64,000 nt of DNA, from the NCBI GenBank assembly GCA_963734495.1, contig CAVTHK010000005.1, positions 128,001-192,000 on the forward strand, read 5' to 3'. Of this stretch, positions 30,085-39,836 are shown piece by piece. The translations under genes were made by a program, and so were the position numbers. This DNA comes from an uncultured Spirochaetota bacterium (GTDB lineage: Bacteria; Spirochaetota; Spirochaetia; SZUA-6; CAVTHK01). How positions within the stretch are numbered: position 1 is the first letter of the stretch; each line of letters opens with the position of its first letter. Below the pieces are notes generated by a model that saw nothing but the letters and a program-made list of their open reading frames with translations, had not been told where the DNA came from and ran no database searches.

Positions 30085-31392
30085 ATGAACGTGGCCGCGC
30101 TCTCCCGCATCCAGTTCGCGACCGTTGCCCTCTTTCATTTCCTCTTCGTGCCCCTCACCCTCGGACTCACGGTCATGGTCGCCTTTATGGAGACGCGATT
30201 CGCGCGCACGGGCGATGAGACCTGGGCCCGGATGGCCTCGTACTGGGGCAGGCTGCTCCTCGTGAATTTCGCCGTGGGCGTCGTGACGGGGATCACGCTG
30301 GAGTTCCAGTTCGGCATGAACTGGGCGGAGTACTCCAAATTCGTGGGCGACATCTTCGGCGCCCCCCTCGCGATCGAAGCCGTCGTCGCCTTCTTCCTCG
30401 AGTCGACCTTTATCGGGCTGTGGATGTTCAGCCGCAGCCGGGTGTCCAAGGGGGTGCACGCCGCGATCATGTGGGTGGTGGCCACGGCGAGCTCACTCTC
30501 CGCGGTCTGGATCCTGGTCGCCAACGGCTGGATGCAGAACCCGCGCGGGTACGTCATCGCCGGAGGCAGGGCGCAGCTCGCGAGCTTCGGCGCGCTCCTC
30601 GCCAGCCCCTACTCGTGGATCAAGGTCTTCCACGTGCTCTCGGCCGCCTACACGCTCACGGGCTTCTTCATCATGGGGATCTCCTCGATCAATATCCTGC
30701 GCCGCCGGGGGCCGGAGCTCTTTCGCAGGTCCTTCAAGATCGGCGCCACGTTCGCCCTGGGCTTCTCGGTTCTCACGGTCTTCTCGGGCGACCTGTCGGG
30801 GCGGCAGGTCGCGAAGTACCAGCCGACCAAGCTCGCCGCGATCGAATCGCAGTGGAAGACCGAGGCCCGCGCCCCGTTCCACATCGTGCAGTGGCCGGAC
30901 GTAAAGCGGGAGCGCAACGCGGTCGAGGCGCTCGCGATCCCCGGAGCGCTCAGCTGGCTCGCCTACGGCAACGTGAACGCGACGGTCAAGGGGCTCTCGG
31001 ACTTCCCGCCCGACGAGCGGCCGCCCATCATCGCGCCGTTCCTCGCTTTCAGGGCCATGGTGGCGCTCGGCTTCCTCTTCGCGCTGCTCGCCCTCGTCGC
31101 CGCGTTCCTCGCGTGGCGCGGGGACCTCGCGCCCCATCGCTGGTTCCTGCGGATCATGACGGTTGCCATGGCGCTGCCGTACCTCAGCTGCGAGATCGGC
31201 TGGGTCGTGGCCGAGCTCGGCAGGCAGCCCTGGATCGTCTACGGGCTCCTGCGCACGCAGGATGCCGTGTCCCGCTCCCTCACCCCCGCGGATCTGCTGA
31301 TCTCGCTCATCGGCTTCCTTGTCGTCTACGGAACGCTCGCGGCCGTGGACGTCTTTCTGCTCGCCAGGTACGCCCGGCGAACCGAGGAGTAG
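30085..31392 (+). CDS. cydA: Cytochrome bd ubiquinol oxidase subunit I
   Basis: SRIQFA..FHFLFVPLTLG, GVVTGITLEFQFGMNW, QPTKLAAIE and GWVVAELGRQPW motifs. Confidence 0.97.
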   Translation: MNVAALSRIQFATVALFHFLFVPLTLGLTVMVAFMETRFARTGDETWARMASYWGRLLLVNFAVGVVTGITLEFQFGMNWAEYSKFVGDIFGAPLAIEAVVAFFLESTFIGLWMFSRSRVSKGVHAAIMWVVATASSLSAVWILVANGWMQNPRGYVIAGGRAQLASFGALLASPYSWIKVFHVLSAAYTLTGFFIMGISSINILRRRGPELFRRSFKIGATFALGFSVLTVFSGDLSGRQVAKYQPTKLAAIESQWKTEARAPFHIVQWPDVKRERNAVEALAIPGALSWLAYGNVNATVKGLSDFPPDERPPIIAPFLAFRAMVALGFLFALLALVAAFLAWRGDLAPHRWFLRIMTVAMALPYLSCEIGWVVAELGRQPWIVYGLLRTQDAVSRSLTPADLLISLIGFLVVYGTLAAVDVFLLARYARRTEE

Positions 31393-31404
31393 GAGGCGGT
31401 TGCC

Positions 31405-32415
31405 ATGACCCTGCAGGTGCTGTGGTTCGTGCTCTGGGCGCTCCTCTGGGCCGTCTACTTCACGCTCGACGGCTTCGACTTCGGCGTCTCGATGCTGCGC
31501 AACTTCGTGGCGAGGGACGAGAGGGAGCGCGGCATCGCCTTGAACGCGATCGGCCCCGTCTGGAACGGCAACGAGGTCTGGCTGATCACCGCCGGCGGCG
31601 CGACGTTCGCGGCGTTCCCGGCGGCCTACGCCTCGATGTTCAGCTTTCTCTACCTCCCGATGCTGCTCATCCTGTTCTCCCTCATCGCGCGCGGGGTCGC
31701 GATGGAGTTCCGCGGAAAGCACGACGCGCCGCGATGGCGGGCGGTCTGGGACCGGGTGCTCGCCGTCTCCAGCCTGGGGGCGCCGCTCGTCCTCGGCCTG
31801 GGCTTCGGCAACATATTCCAGGGGCTGCCGTTCGACAGCTCCGGCTACCGCGGCGGCTTCTGGATGCTGTTCAACCCCTACGGCCTCCTCACGGCCGCGC
31901 TCTTCGTGCTGCTGTTCCTGCAGCACGGCGCGCTGTGGCTCGCTCTCAAGAGCGAAGGCGATCTGTCCGCGCGCTGCCGCAGGGTCGCCGCGGTCCTGTG
32001 GGTCCTCGTGCTCGCTGCCGCCGCCGCGTTCCTGGCCCTCACGGCATCGGCGACCCGGCTGTACGAGAACTACGGCTCCCACCCCGGCTGGATCGCCGTT
32101 CCCGCGCTCGCCGTGTGCGCCCTCGCGGCGGTCAGGGTCGCGCTCGCCCGCTCGCGCCTCGCCGCCTCGTTCCTCTGCTCCTGCGCCGCGATCGTGCTCG
32201 TCGTCGCCACCGCGCTCGTCGGGCTCTTCCCGCTCCTGATACCGTCGAGCCTCGACCCCGCCGCGAGCCTCACGATCTACAACGCCTCGTCGAGCCCCTA
32301 CACCCTGCGGGTCATGAGCATCGTGGCCGCGATCTTCTTCCCGATCGTGGTGGTCTACCAGCTGCTGGTCTACCGGTTCTTCGCTTCGACCCCCGCGGAG
32401 GGCGAAGGGTACTGA
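31405..32415 (+). CDS. cydB: Cytochrome bd ubiquinol oxidase subunit II
   Basis: LDGFDFG, IGPVWNGNEVWLITAGGATFAAFP, RGVAMEFR and SLTIYNASSSPYTL motifs. Confidence 0.97.
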   Translation: MTLQVLWFVLWALLWAVYFTLDGFDFGVSMLRNFVARDERERGIALNAIGPVWNGNEVWLITAGGATFAAFPAAYASMFSFLYLPMLLILFSLIARGVAMEFRGKHDAPRWRAVWDRVLAVSSLGAPLVLGLGFGNIFQGLPFDSSGYRGGFWMLFNPYGLLTAALFVLLFLQHGALWLALKSEGDLSARCRRVAAVLWVLVLAAAAAFLALTASATRLYENYGSHPGWIAVPALAVCALAAVRVALARSRLAASFLCSCAAIVLVVATALVGLFPLLIPSSLDPAASLTIYNASSSPYTLRVMSIVAAIFFPIVVVYQLLVYRFFASTPAEGEGY

Positions 32416-32449
32416 GCCGGCCGGGCAGTCGTTGACACCCTGCGAGCCG

Positions 32450-33736
32450 ATGCCCTACGTTTCCGCCGGCATGCGCGGGCGGGCGGGTCGCAACATCGTC
32501 TTCAACGCGGTCGGCGAGGGCCTGTGGGGCCTGCTCAGCGGCCTGGTGGCCTCGTCGACCGTCCTCGTGGTGCTCCTCCGGCAGTACGGCGCGTCGACCG
32601 TCATGATCGGAGCGGTCACCGCCATAGAGATCGCCTCGACGCTCGCTCCGCAGGTCGTGGGGAGCCTCCTGTTCGCCTCGCCCCGGGGACGCCAGCGCCG
32701 CCTCATCGTGTGGCACTTGATCGCGATCATCCCCTTCCTGCTGGCGATCGGCGTGATCGCATACCTCGCGCCGCGCTGGCAGCCGGGCCTGGTCCGATGG
32801 CTCGTGCTCGTCGCCTACGGCTGCTACATGTGCGGCATCGGCGTCGTGCTCGCGGCCTGGTTCGACTGGCTCTCCGGCGTCTTCCCGAGGACGACGCGGG
32901 GGCGCGCCCTCGGGCTCGGCTTCGGCTCATCGGCCCTGCTGAACCTCGCGGGCGGGCTCGCAGCCGGCCGGCTGCTCGCGCTGCAGGACCGCCTGCCCGC
33001 CTTCGCCCTTCTCTACTTCCTCGCGTCCCTGGCCGGCACGGCTTCGATCCTCACGTTCGGGCTCCTGATCGACGACCCCGCCAGCCGGCGCCCGGACGAC
33101 CGGCCCGAGATGCGACTCGCGGAGATGGCGGTGTGGTTCAGACGCAGCCTCGCCGACGGGAACTTCCGCCGTTACCTCGCGGGCCGGCTCCTCGCCACCG
33201 CGGGGTTCTGCATCGTGCCGTTCCTGGCCGTCTACTACACCTCGGCGGACGGCGGCTCGCTCGCCCCCGCGGCGGTCGTGACGTACGGGGTCTTCATGCC
33301 CATGGGCGCGGCGCTCGCCAATTTCGCCTTCGGGTGGGTCGGCGACAGGCACGGGCACCGCATCGGCGTGATGGCGGGCGTGCTGCTTCAGATGGCCGCG
33401 ATCACCGTGGCGCTGCTGGGGCGCGGCGCGGCCGGGTGCGCGGCTGCGTACTTCGCCGCGGGCCTCTGCGGCGGCGCGGCCGCGGTGTCGCAGCTCAACA
33501 TGGTCTTCGAGACCTGCCCCCACGATCACCGGCTGCCGCACATCACGATCGCCAACCTCGTGCTGAGCGCGGGCCTCGTGTTTCCGCTCCTCTCGGGCTT
33601 CGTCGTGGAGCGCCTCGGCCTGGCCGCCCTGCTGCGGGCGTCGCTCGTCGTGAGCGGCGCGGCGTTCGTCTGGTACCTGGCGGCAGTGCGCGAGCCGCGG
33701 GCTGCGGCTCGTGCCGTCGTCAGCCCCCGTAGGTGA
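32450..33736 (+). CDS. MFS transporter
   Basis: About 12 hydrophobic segments; FPRTTRGR and GWVGDRHGHR loop motifs. Confidence 0.82.
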   Translation: MPYVSAGMRGRAGRNIVFNAVGEGLWGLLSGLVASSTVLVVLLRQYGASTVMIGAVTAIEIASTLAPQVVGSLLFASPRGRQRRLIVWHLIAIIPFLLAIGVIAYLAPRWQPGLVRWLVLVAYGCYMCGIGVVLAAWFDWLSGVFPRTTRGRALGLGFGSSALLNLAGGLAAGRLLALQDRLPAFALLYFLASLAGTASILTFGLLIDDPASRRPDDRPEMRLAEMAVWFRRSLADGNFRRYLAGRLLATAGFCIVPFLAVYYTSADGGSLAPAAVVTYGVFMPMGAALANFAFGWVGDRHGHRIGVMAGVLLQMAAITVALLGRGAAGCAAAYFAAGLCGGAAAVSQLNMVFETCPHDHRLPHITIANLVLSAGLVFPLLSGFVVERLGLAALLRASLVVSGAAFVWYLAAVREPRAAARAVVSPRR

Positions 33737-34808
33737 TCCGGTAGATGACCCCGGCCCGGTCGTCGGAGACCAAGAGCGAGCCGTCAGGGAGCTCCATCAG
33801 GTCCACGGGCCTCCCCCACGCGCGGCCCCCTTCGAGCCACCCGTCGGCGAACCTCTCGTAGGTCGGAGCGCCCGGGCCTTGGAGCCGGACGACGGAGATC
33901 CGGTAGCCGATCGGCACCGTCCGGTTCCAGGACCCGTGCTCGGCGATAAAGATCGCGCCCTTGTACTCCTCCGGGAAGAGCCGGCCGCGGTAGAAGCGCA
34001 TGCCCAGGGCGGCGACGTGCGGCCCGAGCTCCCTCGCGGGCGGCGTGAACTCGGAGGGGCTGCGGCCCCGGCCGTAATCGGGGTCGAGGATGGCCCTGCC
34101 GTGCACGAAGGGGAATCCGAAGCTCTCCCCCGGCCTCGTCGCGTGGTTGAGCTCGTCGGGCGGCGCGTCGTCGCCCAGGTAGTCGCGGCCGTTGTCCGTG
34201 AACCACAGGTCGCGGGTGGCCGGGTCCCAGTCGAAGCCGACCGAGTTGCGAACTCCGTGGGCGTACACCTCGAGCCCGCCGCCGTCGGGCCGCATCCGCA
34301 TGATGGAGGCGTAGCGCTCGTCCGGGCGCAGGCAGACGTTGCACGGAGCGCCGACGTTGAGGTACAGCATCCCGTCGGGCCCGAAGGCGATGAACTTCCA
34401 CCCGTGATGCGCGTCGCTCGGGAGCCTGTCGGTCACGACGACCGGGGCAGGCGGCCTGTCCAGCCGGTCCTCGATCCCGTCGAAGCGCAGCACGCGGCTG
34501 ATCTCGGCAACGTAGAGGGCGCCGTCGCGGAACGCGACGCCGTTGGGCGTCCTGAGGCCCGACGCGATCACGGTGCTGCGATCCGCGCGGCCGTCGCCGT
34601 TGGAGTCCACCAGCGCGTACACGCGGCCCTCGGCCTGCGTCCCGACGAAGACGGTGCCCCGCGCGCCGAGCGCGAGGGACCGCGCGCCCGGGATGCCGGC
34701 GGCGAAGAGGCTGATGCGGAAGCCCGGCGGGAGGCGGATGGAATCGAGCGGCAGATCGGCCTCGGCGCGCGCGGCCAGCAGCAGGAGGGCGAGCGGGACC
34801 CATTTCAT
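33720..34808 (-). CDS. PQQ-dependent sugar (glucose/sorbosone) dehydrogenase, exported
   Basis: Signal peptide MKWVPLALLLLAARAEA; LPPGFRI, HHGWKFIAFGPDG, GVRNSVGFDW, WFTDNGRD and AEHGSWNR motifs. Confidence 0.93.
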   Translation of the reverse strand: MKWVPLALLLLAARAEADLPLDSIRLPPGFRISLFAAGIPGARSLALGARGTVFVGTQAEGRVYALVDSNGDGRADRSTVIASGLRTPNGVAFRDGALYVAEISRVLRFDGIEDRLDRPPAPVVVTDRLPSDAHHGWKFIAFGPDGMLYLNVGAPCNVCLRPDERYASIMRMRPDGGGLEVYAHGVRNSVGFDWDPATRDLWFTDNGRDYLGDDAPPDELNHATRPGESFGFPFVHGRAILDPDYGRGRSPSEFTPPARELGPHVAALGMRFYRGRLFPEEYKGAIFIAEHGSWNRTVPIGYRISVVRLQGPGAPTYERFADGWLEGGRAWGRPVDLMELPDGSLLVSDDRAGVIYRITYGG

Positions 34809-34870
34809 GGCGGCAATGTACTCGGCGAGCGCCCGCGGCGGCGAGCGCGCGCCGGCGCGCCGGCGCGCCG

Positions 34871-36361
34871 CTATCCGAGCTTCGCGTGGACGCCGTCCTG
34901 GTCGGCGGTGTACATCTTGCGGCGCGTGTGCCGGTTCTCCACTTCGACCGTCTCGAGGTGCACCGGCCTTCCCCAGAGGAAGTACACGTGCTGCAGGGTC
35001 TTGCGGGCGTACTCGTCGTCGAGGGGCAGCCCTTCGAAGACGTGCTGCAGGTAGAGCCGGCGGCTGCCCTGGTAGTCGCCGTCGACGACGAGGATGCGCG
35101 GCACGCCCCAGTTCATCAGGCTGTGGACGAGCAGGTGCTTGACCTTGCGCCAGTCGGTCTCCTCGACCACGGCCTCGACCTGCTCCTCGCCTTCCTTCTC
35201 GACGTACAGGTAGAGCTGCAGCGCCTCGACCACTTCGCGGTCCAGGAACTCGTCGACGAAGAACCAGTCCATGTGGGTGCGGCGCACGTCGAAGACCTTG
35301 GCGAGCCCCTGCATCGCGCCGGTGTCCCAGCTCGCGCGCTGCTGCTCGTCGACGCACTCCTCGTATTCGCGGCCGAAGCGGCCCTTGTCCCAGCGCTGCG
35401 CGATGCTGGCAAAGAGCGCCGAGCCGAGGAGGTACGGGTTGATCGATCGGGGGTGATGCGCCTTGACGCGGGCGTTGTACAGGTTGTAGTAGCCGTGCTC
35501 CTCGGCGGTGAGGAACCCTTCGCGGAACAGCCTCTGCATGATCCGCTGGTGCCAGAACGTCGCCCACCCCTCGTTCATGATCTTCGTGCGGCGGTAGGGC
35601 ATGAAGTACTGGGCCTGCTGCCTGATGACGGACAGCACGTCCTTTTCCCACTCCCCCAGCGGCCGCGGCGAGTGCTCGAGGACGTAGCCCAGCAGGTCGA
35701 CGGTCGGCTCCGGCGGCGTCCGCTTGCGCAGCTCCCGCTTCTGCTCCGCCGGCATGGGCTCGCGCCCCTGCAGCAGGTCGTCGTAGGGGCCGCTCTGCCG
35801 CGGCGCGCTGGCCCAGCCGTAGAGCCGCTCGCGGGCCTCGGCCTCGGTCTCCTCGTGGTACGGGTCGCCCGGCTCGATGTTCCACTGGATCGAGAGCCCC
35901 GCGTCGATCACTTCCTCCACCTCGTCGAGGCCGTAGTCCTCCTCGTAGCCGCGCATGCGCCCGGCCGCCTCGGAGGCCGAGGTGATCATGTCGCGCCGCG
36001 TGCCCTGGAAGTGCCGGCTCGCCTTCATGAAATCGTTGTGCGCGTAGACGTGCGCCATCACGAGCACCTGGATGGGGAAGGGGTTGGTGTCCATCAGGTA
36101 GGCCCGGCAGGGGTCCGAGTTGAAGACGACCTCGTACGGCACTGCCATGCCGTGCTCGTAGCGCGTGCGCTCGCTTTCGTAGTCGCGGCCGAAGCTCCAG
36201 TGCGAGAAGTTGACGGGCAGGTGGTACGCCATGATCTCCAGCATCTTCTGCGCCGGCACGACGTCGAACTCCTGGCTCATGAAGTCGAGGCCGATCTCCC
36301 GCGCGATCTTCTGGATGAGAGCATCGGCGTCGACGAGGCGGGCCAGGTCGGTGTCCTTCAC
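34871..36361 (-). CDS. spoVR: SpoVR/YcgB family protein
   Basis: HWSFG, YEVVFNSDP, AHVYAHNDF, TKIMNEGWATFWH and NPYLLG motifs; GTG start overlaps the upstream stop. Confidence 0.94.
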   Translation of the reverse strand: MKDTDLARLVDADALIQKIAREIGLDFMSQEFDVVPAQKMLEIMAYHLPVNFSHWSFGRDYESERTRYEHGMAVPYEVVFNSDPCRAYLMDTNPFPIQVLVMAHVYAHNDFMKASRHFQGTRRDMITSASEAAGRMRGYEEDYGLDEVEEVIDAGLSIQWNIEPGDPYHEETEAEARERLYGWASAPRQSGPYDDLLQGREPMPAEQKRELRKRTPPEPTVDLLGYVLEHSPRPLGEWEKDVLSVIRQQAQYFMPYRRTKIMNEGWATFWHQRIMQRLFREGFLTAEEHGYYNLYNARVKAHHPRSINPYLLGSALFASIAQRWDKGRFGREYEECVDEQQRASWDTGAMQGLAKVFDVRRTHMDWFFVDEFLDREVVEALQLYLYVEKEGEEQVEAVVEETDWRKVKHLLVHSLMNWGVPRILVVDGDYQGSRRLYLQHVFEGLPLDDEYARKTLQHVYFLWGRPVHLETVEVENRHTRRKMYTADQDGVHAKLG

Positions 36362-37671
36362 CGCGGGGCTCCCCTTTCGCGGCTGAGGAACACCTGCAGC
36401 GCCGGGTAGATGTCCTCCTTGGCGCGCAGGACCACGCCGAGGAGCGGCGACTCGCGCCAGGTGCCCTCGTAGTACCGCAAGCCCCTGCGGACGCCCTCGG
36501 TCATCCCCAGGTCCCGGGCAAAGGTCTGCATGAGCACCGAGGAGGTGTAGTCCGTCTGGATCTCCCCGTAGCCGAAGGCCGACGGGCCCCGGCCGAGGAG
36601 CGCCTCGAGCGACTTGACCGCCCGGTCGGGCTCCCAGTCCTCGCCGTCGGAGAAGTGGAAGGGGTAGATGTTCCAGCGGCTCGGCGAATACTCCGCGTCG
36701 ACGAGCTCTGCGGCCAGGTCGTAGGCCGAGAAGCAGTTGGTGCCGCCCGACTCTCCCTTGTGGAAGAACTCGTGCTCGTCGACGAGCTTCGCCTCGGTCG
36801 TGTGAGCGATGAATCGGATCTCGACGTTGCGGTAGATGGTCCGCAGAAAGGACAGCATCCAGAAGTAGAACGAGCGCGCGAAGTACTTCTTGATGCGGTC
36901 CATGCTCCCGGAGACGTCCATCATCGCGATCACGACGGCGTTCGAATGGTACTCGATGTCCTCGGTGAGCGTGCGGTAGCGCAGGTCCTCGCTTTCGAGC
37001 ACCACGACGGGCGCCTCGGCGCCGCCCTCGAGCGCCGCGCCCGTGGCGAGCAGCCGGAGCGCGGCGGCCGCGTCGCCCCCGCTCCGCTCGAGCGCGATCC
37101 GGCACTCCTCTTCGGTGCGGCCCGACTCGCTCATCAGCGCGCTCACGAGCACCTCGGTGCGCTTGATGGCTTCCTTGATGGTGCGCTTCTTGTCGAGCCT
37201 CGGCTGGATGCCCGTCTTCTCGATGCTGTCGAACGTCCAGCCGCGCGGGACCACGGCCTCGCGGACCTCTTTCTCCCGCAGGTTCGGCAGGCCGAGGTCC
37301 TCGAGCATCATCCGGATGAGCTCCTCGATCTCGATCTCGGTCTCCAGGTAGTCGACGCCGGGCTCGCCGCCCGGCTGCCCCGGCTGGCCGCGGCCGGGCC
37401 TGGGCCGCCGCCCGACGACCTTGCCGCGGCGGCCCTCGCCGCTGCCGAGGCCGCCGGCTGCGCCCCCGGCGTGGCCGTGGATGAACTGGTAGCTCTTGAC
37501 CCCGCGGATCGGCACCTTGACCAGGCGGCTCTCCCGGCGGGTGATGATCGACTCTTCGGCGATCACGTCCGGCAGATGCTGCCGCAGCACCTCGCGGATC
37601 TTCTCGCGGTGGCGCACGGCGTCGCGGCGGCCGCGGGGCGCGGAATCGTAGTCCGGCCTGACGATGGCCAT
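36358..37671 (-). CDS. yeaH: YeaH/YhbH (DUF444) vWA-like protein
   Basis: DAVRHREKI, Gly-rich linker, LPNLREK, AMMDVSGSM, ESGGT and YPFHFSDGE motifs. Confidence 0.93.
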   Translation of the reverse strand: MAIVRPDYDSAPRGRRDAVRHREKIREVLRQHLPDVIAEESIITRRESRLVKVPIRGVKSYQFIHGHAGGAAGGLGSGEGRRGKVVGRRPRPGRGQPGQPGGEPGVDYLETEIEIEELIRMMLEDLGLPNLREKEVREAVVPRGWTFDSIEKTGIQPRLDKKRTIKEAIKRTEVLVSALMSESGRTEEECRIALERSGGDAAAALRLLATGAALEGGAEAPVVVLESEDLRYRTLTEDIEYHSNAVVIAMMDVSGSMDRIKKYFARSFYFWMLSFLRTIYRNVEIRFIAHTTEAKLVDEHEFFHKGESGGTNCFSAYDLAAELVDAEYSPSRWNIYPFHFSDGEDWEPDRAVKSLEALLGRGPSAFGYGEIQTDYTSSVLMQTFARDLGMTEGVRRGLRYYEGTWRESPLLGVVLRAKEDIYPALQVFLSRERGAPR

Positions 37672-37674
37672 CGG

Positions 37675-39651
37675 CTACTCCTCCTTGCGCAGCATCTCTC
37701 CGACGAACTCCAGCAGGGCCTCGGCGCACACGGGGCAGTAGCCTTTTTCCTGCAGCTTCGCGACGGCCTCGCTCTTGCGATCCGTGGTCTTGGGGTCGCG
37801 GCGCGTCTTGTCCGTGAGCGTGAGGCTCACGATGTTCTTGAGGTCCGCGATGAGCTTCTTCTCGATCGCCTCCTGCAGCGGCGGGTAGCTCTTGAAGTCG
37901 AAGGACTCGTTGCGGTCGGCGGCGTCCGACTTGAACACGAACAGCCCCTGGCGGAACTCGCTCTTGCTTCCCTCGGAGACGCCGATCATCTCCTCGATCG
38001 AACGCATCAGCTTCTCGTCCGGCTCGCCTTCCTCCCGCGTGACCGGGTCCACCATCTTGCGCTTGAGGCAGTAGGCCGTCGCGTTCTTCATGTAGTTGTC
38101 GAAGAGGGCCTGGGCCTGGTCCTCGTAGGCGTAGAGGAAGGCGCGGTTGACTTCCTTCTTGGCCCGCTCGCGGTAGTCGGACACGACGCTGCCCTTCTCG
38201 TCGAGCAGGAGCGACATGTAGCGCGCGCGCTCCTCGTCCGTGAAGCCGATGTGATGCTCGAACTGGTGCCGCAGGGCGCGCATGACGTCGACGGGGTTGA
38301 TGCAGGCGCGCTTGTCCGTTGCGGACCCCAGCGCGATGTTCAGCGCGTTCATGATGAAGCGCGGGCTGATCCCGCTCATGCCCTCGCCCTTCTCCTTGCC
38401 CTCGATCCAGAGCTTCTTGACGTCGACCGGGTCCTTCTCCTTTTCCAGGATCGCCTCGCCGTTGTAGTACCTCGCCTTCTTGAGCAGGTCCGGCCCCGCG
38501 GCCGTCGGCACGAGCCGCGTCAGCACGGCGAACAGGGCCGCCGTCTCCAGCGTGAACGGGGCGATGTGGATGCGGTCCTGGAACTCGCTGTGGCGGATGA
38601 GCTTCTTGTAGATCGCCACCTCGTCCCGGAGCCTCAGGTTGTACGGCACGTAGATCGGGTACATCCGGTCGTGCAGCGCCTCGTTCTCCTTGTTGGCCTT
38701 GAACTTGTCGAACTCCGTCTGGTTGGTGTGGCTCAGGATCACCGTGTCGATGTACATCTGCGGAAAGCCCGGCGCCTTGATCAGCTGCTCCTGCGCGACG
38801 GTGATCAGGACGTAGTGGAACTTGATGTCGCACTTGAGGATCTCGATGTACTCGATGAGCCCGCGGTTGGCCACCTGAAGCTCGCCGTCGAACTTGTAGC
38901 CCAGGGGATGCCCCTCGCCGTACCGGGTGATCTTGCCGAGATCGACGTGCCCGATGAGCTCCGAGATGTCCTGGTTCTTCGGGTCCGATGGCTGGAACGT
39001 CCCGATGCCGACGCGGGACCTCTCGCTCAGGTGGACCTGGGCGACCGGCACATCTTCCCACTTGTAGCTGCCGCTGGCGTTCTTGTACTGCTCGTCGCTG
39101 GTGAGCCGGTGCTTGCACACCGGGCACAGGTCTCCCTCGATCTTGACGCCCAGGAGCTGCTCGAACTGCGGGCGCAGCGAGCGCGGCACCAGGTGGAGGG
39201 GCTCCTCGTGGATCGGGCAGTCCTTGATCGCGAACAGCGGCGTCTCCGCGAGCTCCAGCCCCCGCCGCAGCAGCGACGCGATGGTGCTCTTGCCCGAAGA
39301 GACCGGGCCTACCAGGATCAGGATGCGCTTGCCGGTCTCGGTCCTGTTGGCGCCCGCGCGGAAGAAGCGCACCAGGTCGTGCAGCACTTCCTCGATGCCG
39401 AAGATTTCGTCGGCGAAGAAGTTGTACCGCACCAGGTCCTCGTAGTGCGGCAGCTTGACATGCTCCGGGAGCTCCATGACCCCCTTCTGCATGATCATCT
39501 CGTAGATGCGCCCCGGCGCGGTCTGCGCCAGCGGAGGGTTGTCGTGCAGGAGGGCCATGTAGTCCTTCATGGTCCCCTCCCAGCGCGTGTCCCCCTTGCG
39601 CCGGGACTCCTGGATGAGGTCGTCGAGTTCGTTCGAGAACTTCTCGCTCAT
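37675..39651 (-). CDS. prkA: PrkA/YeaG family AAA+ serine protein kinase
   Basis: Walker A GPVSSGKS, CPIHEEPL, GIGTFQPSDPKNQDISEL, ANRGLIEYIEILK, NEALHDR and GMSGISPRF motifs. Confidence 0.95.
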   Translation of the reverse strand: MSEKFSNELDDLIQESRRKGDTRWEGTMKDYMALLHDNPPLAQTAPGRIYEMIMQKGVMELPEHVKLPHYEDLVRYNFFADEIFGIEEVLHDLVRFFRAGANRTETGKRILILVGPVSSGKSTIASLLRRGLELAETPLFAIKDCPIHEEPLHLVPRSLRPQFEQLLGVKIEGDLCPVCKHRLTSDEQYKNASGSYKWEDVPVAQVHLSERSRVGIGTFQPSDPKNQDISELIGHVDLGKITRYGEGHPLGYKFDGELQVANRGLIEYIEILKCDIKFHYVLITVAQEQLIKAPGFPQMYIDTVILSHTNQTEFDKFKANKENEALHDRMYPIYVPYNLRLRDEVAIYKKLIRHSEFQDRIHIAPFTLETAALFAVLTRLVPTAAGPDLLKKARYYNGEAILEKEKDPVDVKKLWIEGKEKGEGMSGISPRFIMNALNIALGSATDKRACINPVDVMRALRHQFEHHIGFTDEERARYMSLLLDEKGSVVSDYRERAKKEVNRAFLYAYEDQAQALFDNYMKNATAYCLKRKMVDPVTREEGEPDEKLMRSIEEMIGVSEGSKSEFRQGLFVFKSDAADRNESFDFKSYPPLQEAIEKKLIADLKNIVSLTLTDKTRRDPKTTDRKSEAVAKLQEKGYCPVCAEALLEFVGEMLRKEE

Positions 39652-39816
39652 GCTCCTTCCTTTCCGGGGCCCCCGAACGATCGGTGGAGGCCGGGCGAGC
39701 GCAACGCGACGACCCGGCCGGTCGCCGGTCAGTATCGGTCAGGATTCTGTTGAGCTTGTCGCGGTCGCCTGCGACGCGGCGCCGCCCGCCTGCGCCCGCA
39801 CGTTTGGTTGATATGA

Positions 39817-39836
39817 CGGCATGATAGCTCATGCCG
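39817..39836. promoter_or_regulatory. Palindrome upstream of prkA (candidate operator)
   Basis: CGGCATGA-TAGC-TCATGCCG, just downstream (minus strand) of a TATATT -10-like hexamer. Confidence 0.45.

Noticed and set aside
34871-39651. Evidence of sporulation from spoVR/yhbH/prkA
   Set aside because: The trio is widespread in non-sporulating bacteria (yeaG/yeaH/ycgB), and the MCE and OM genes indicate a diderm cell.
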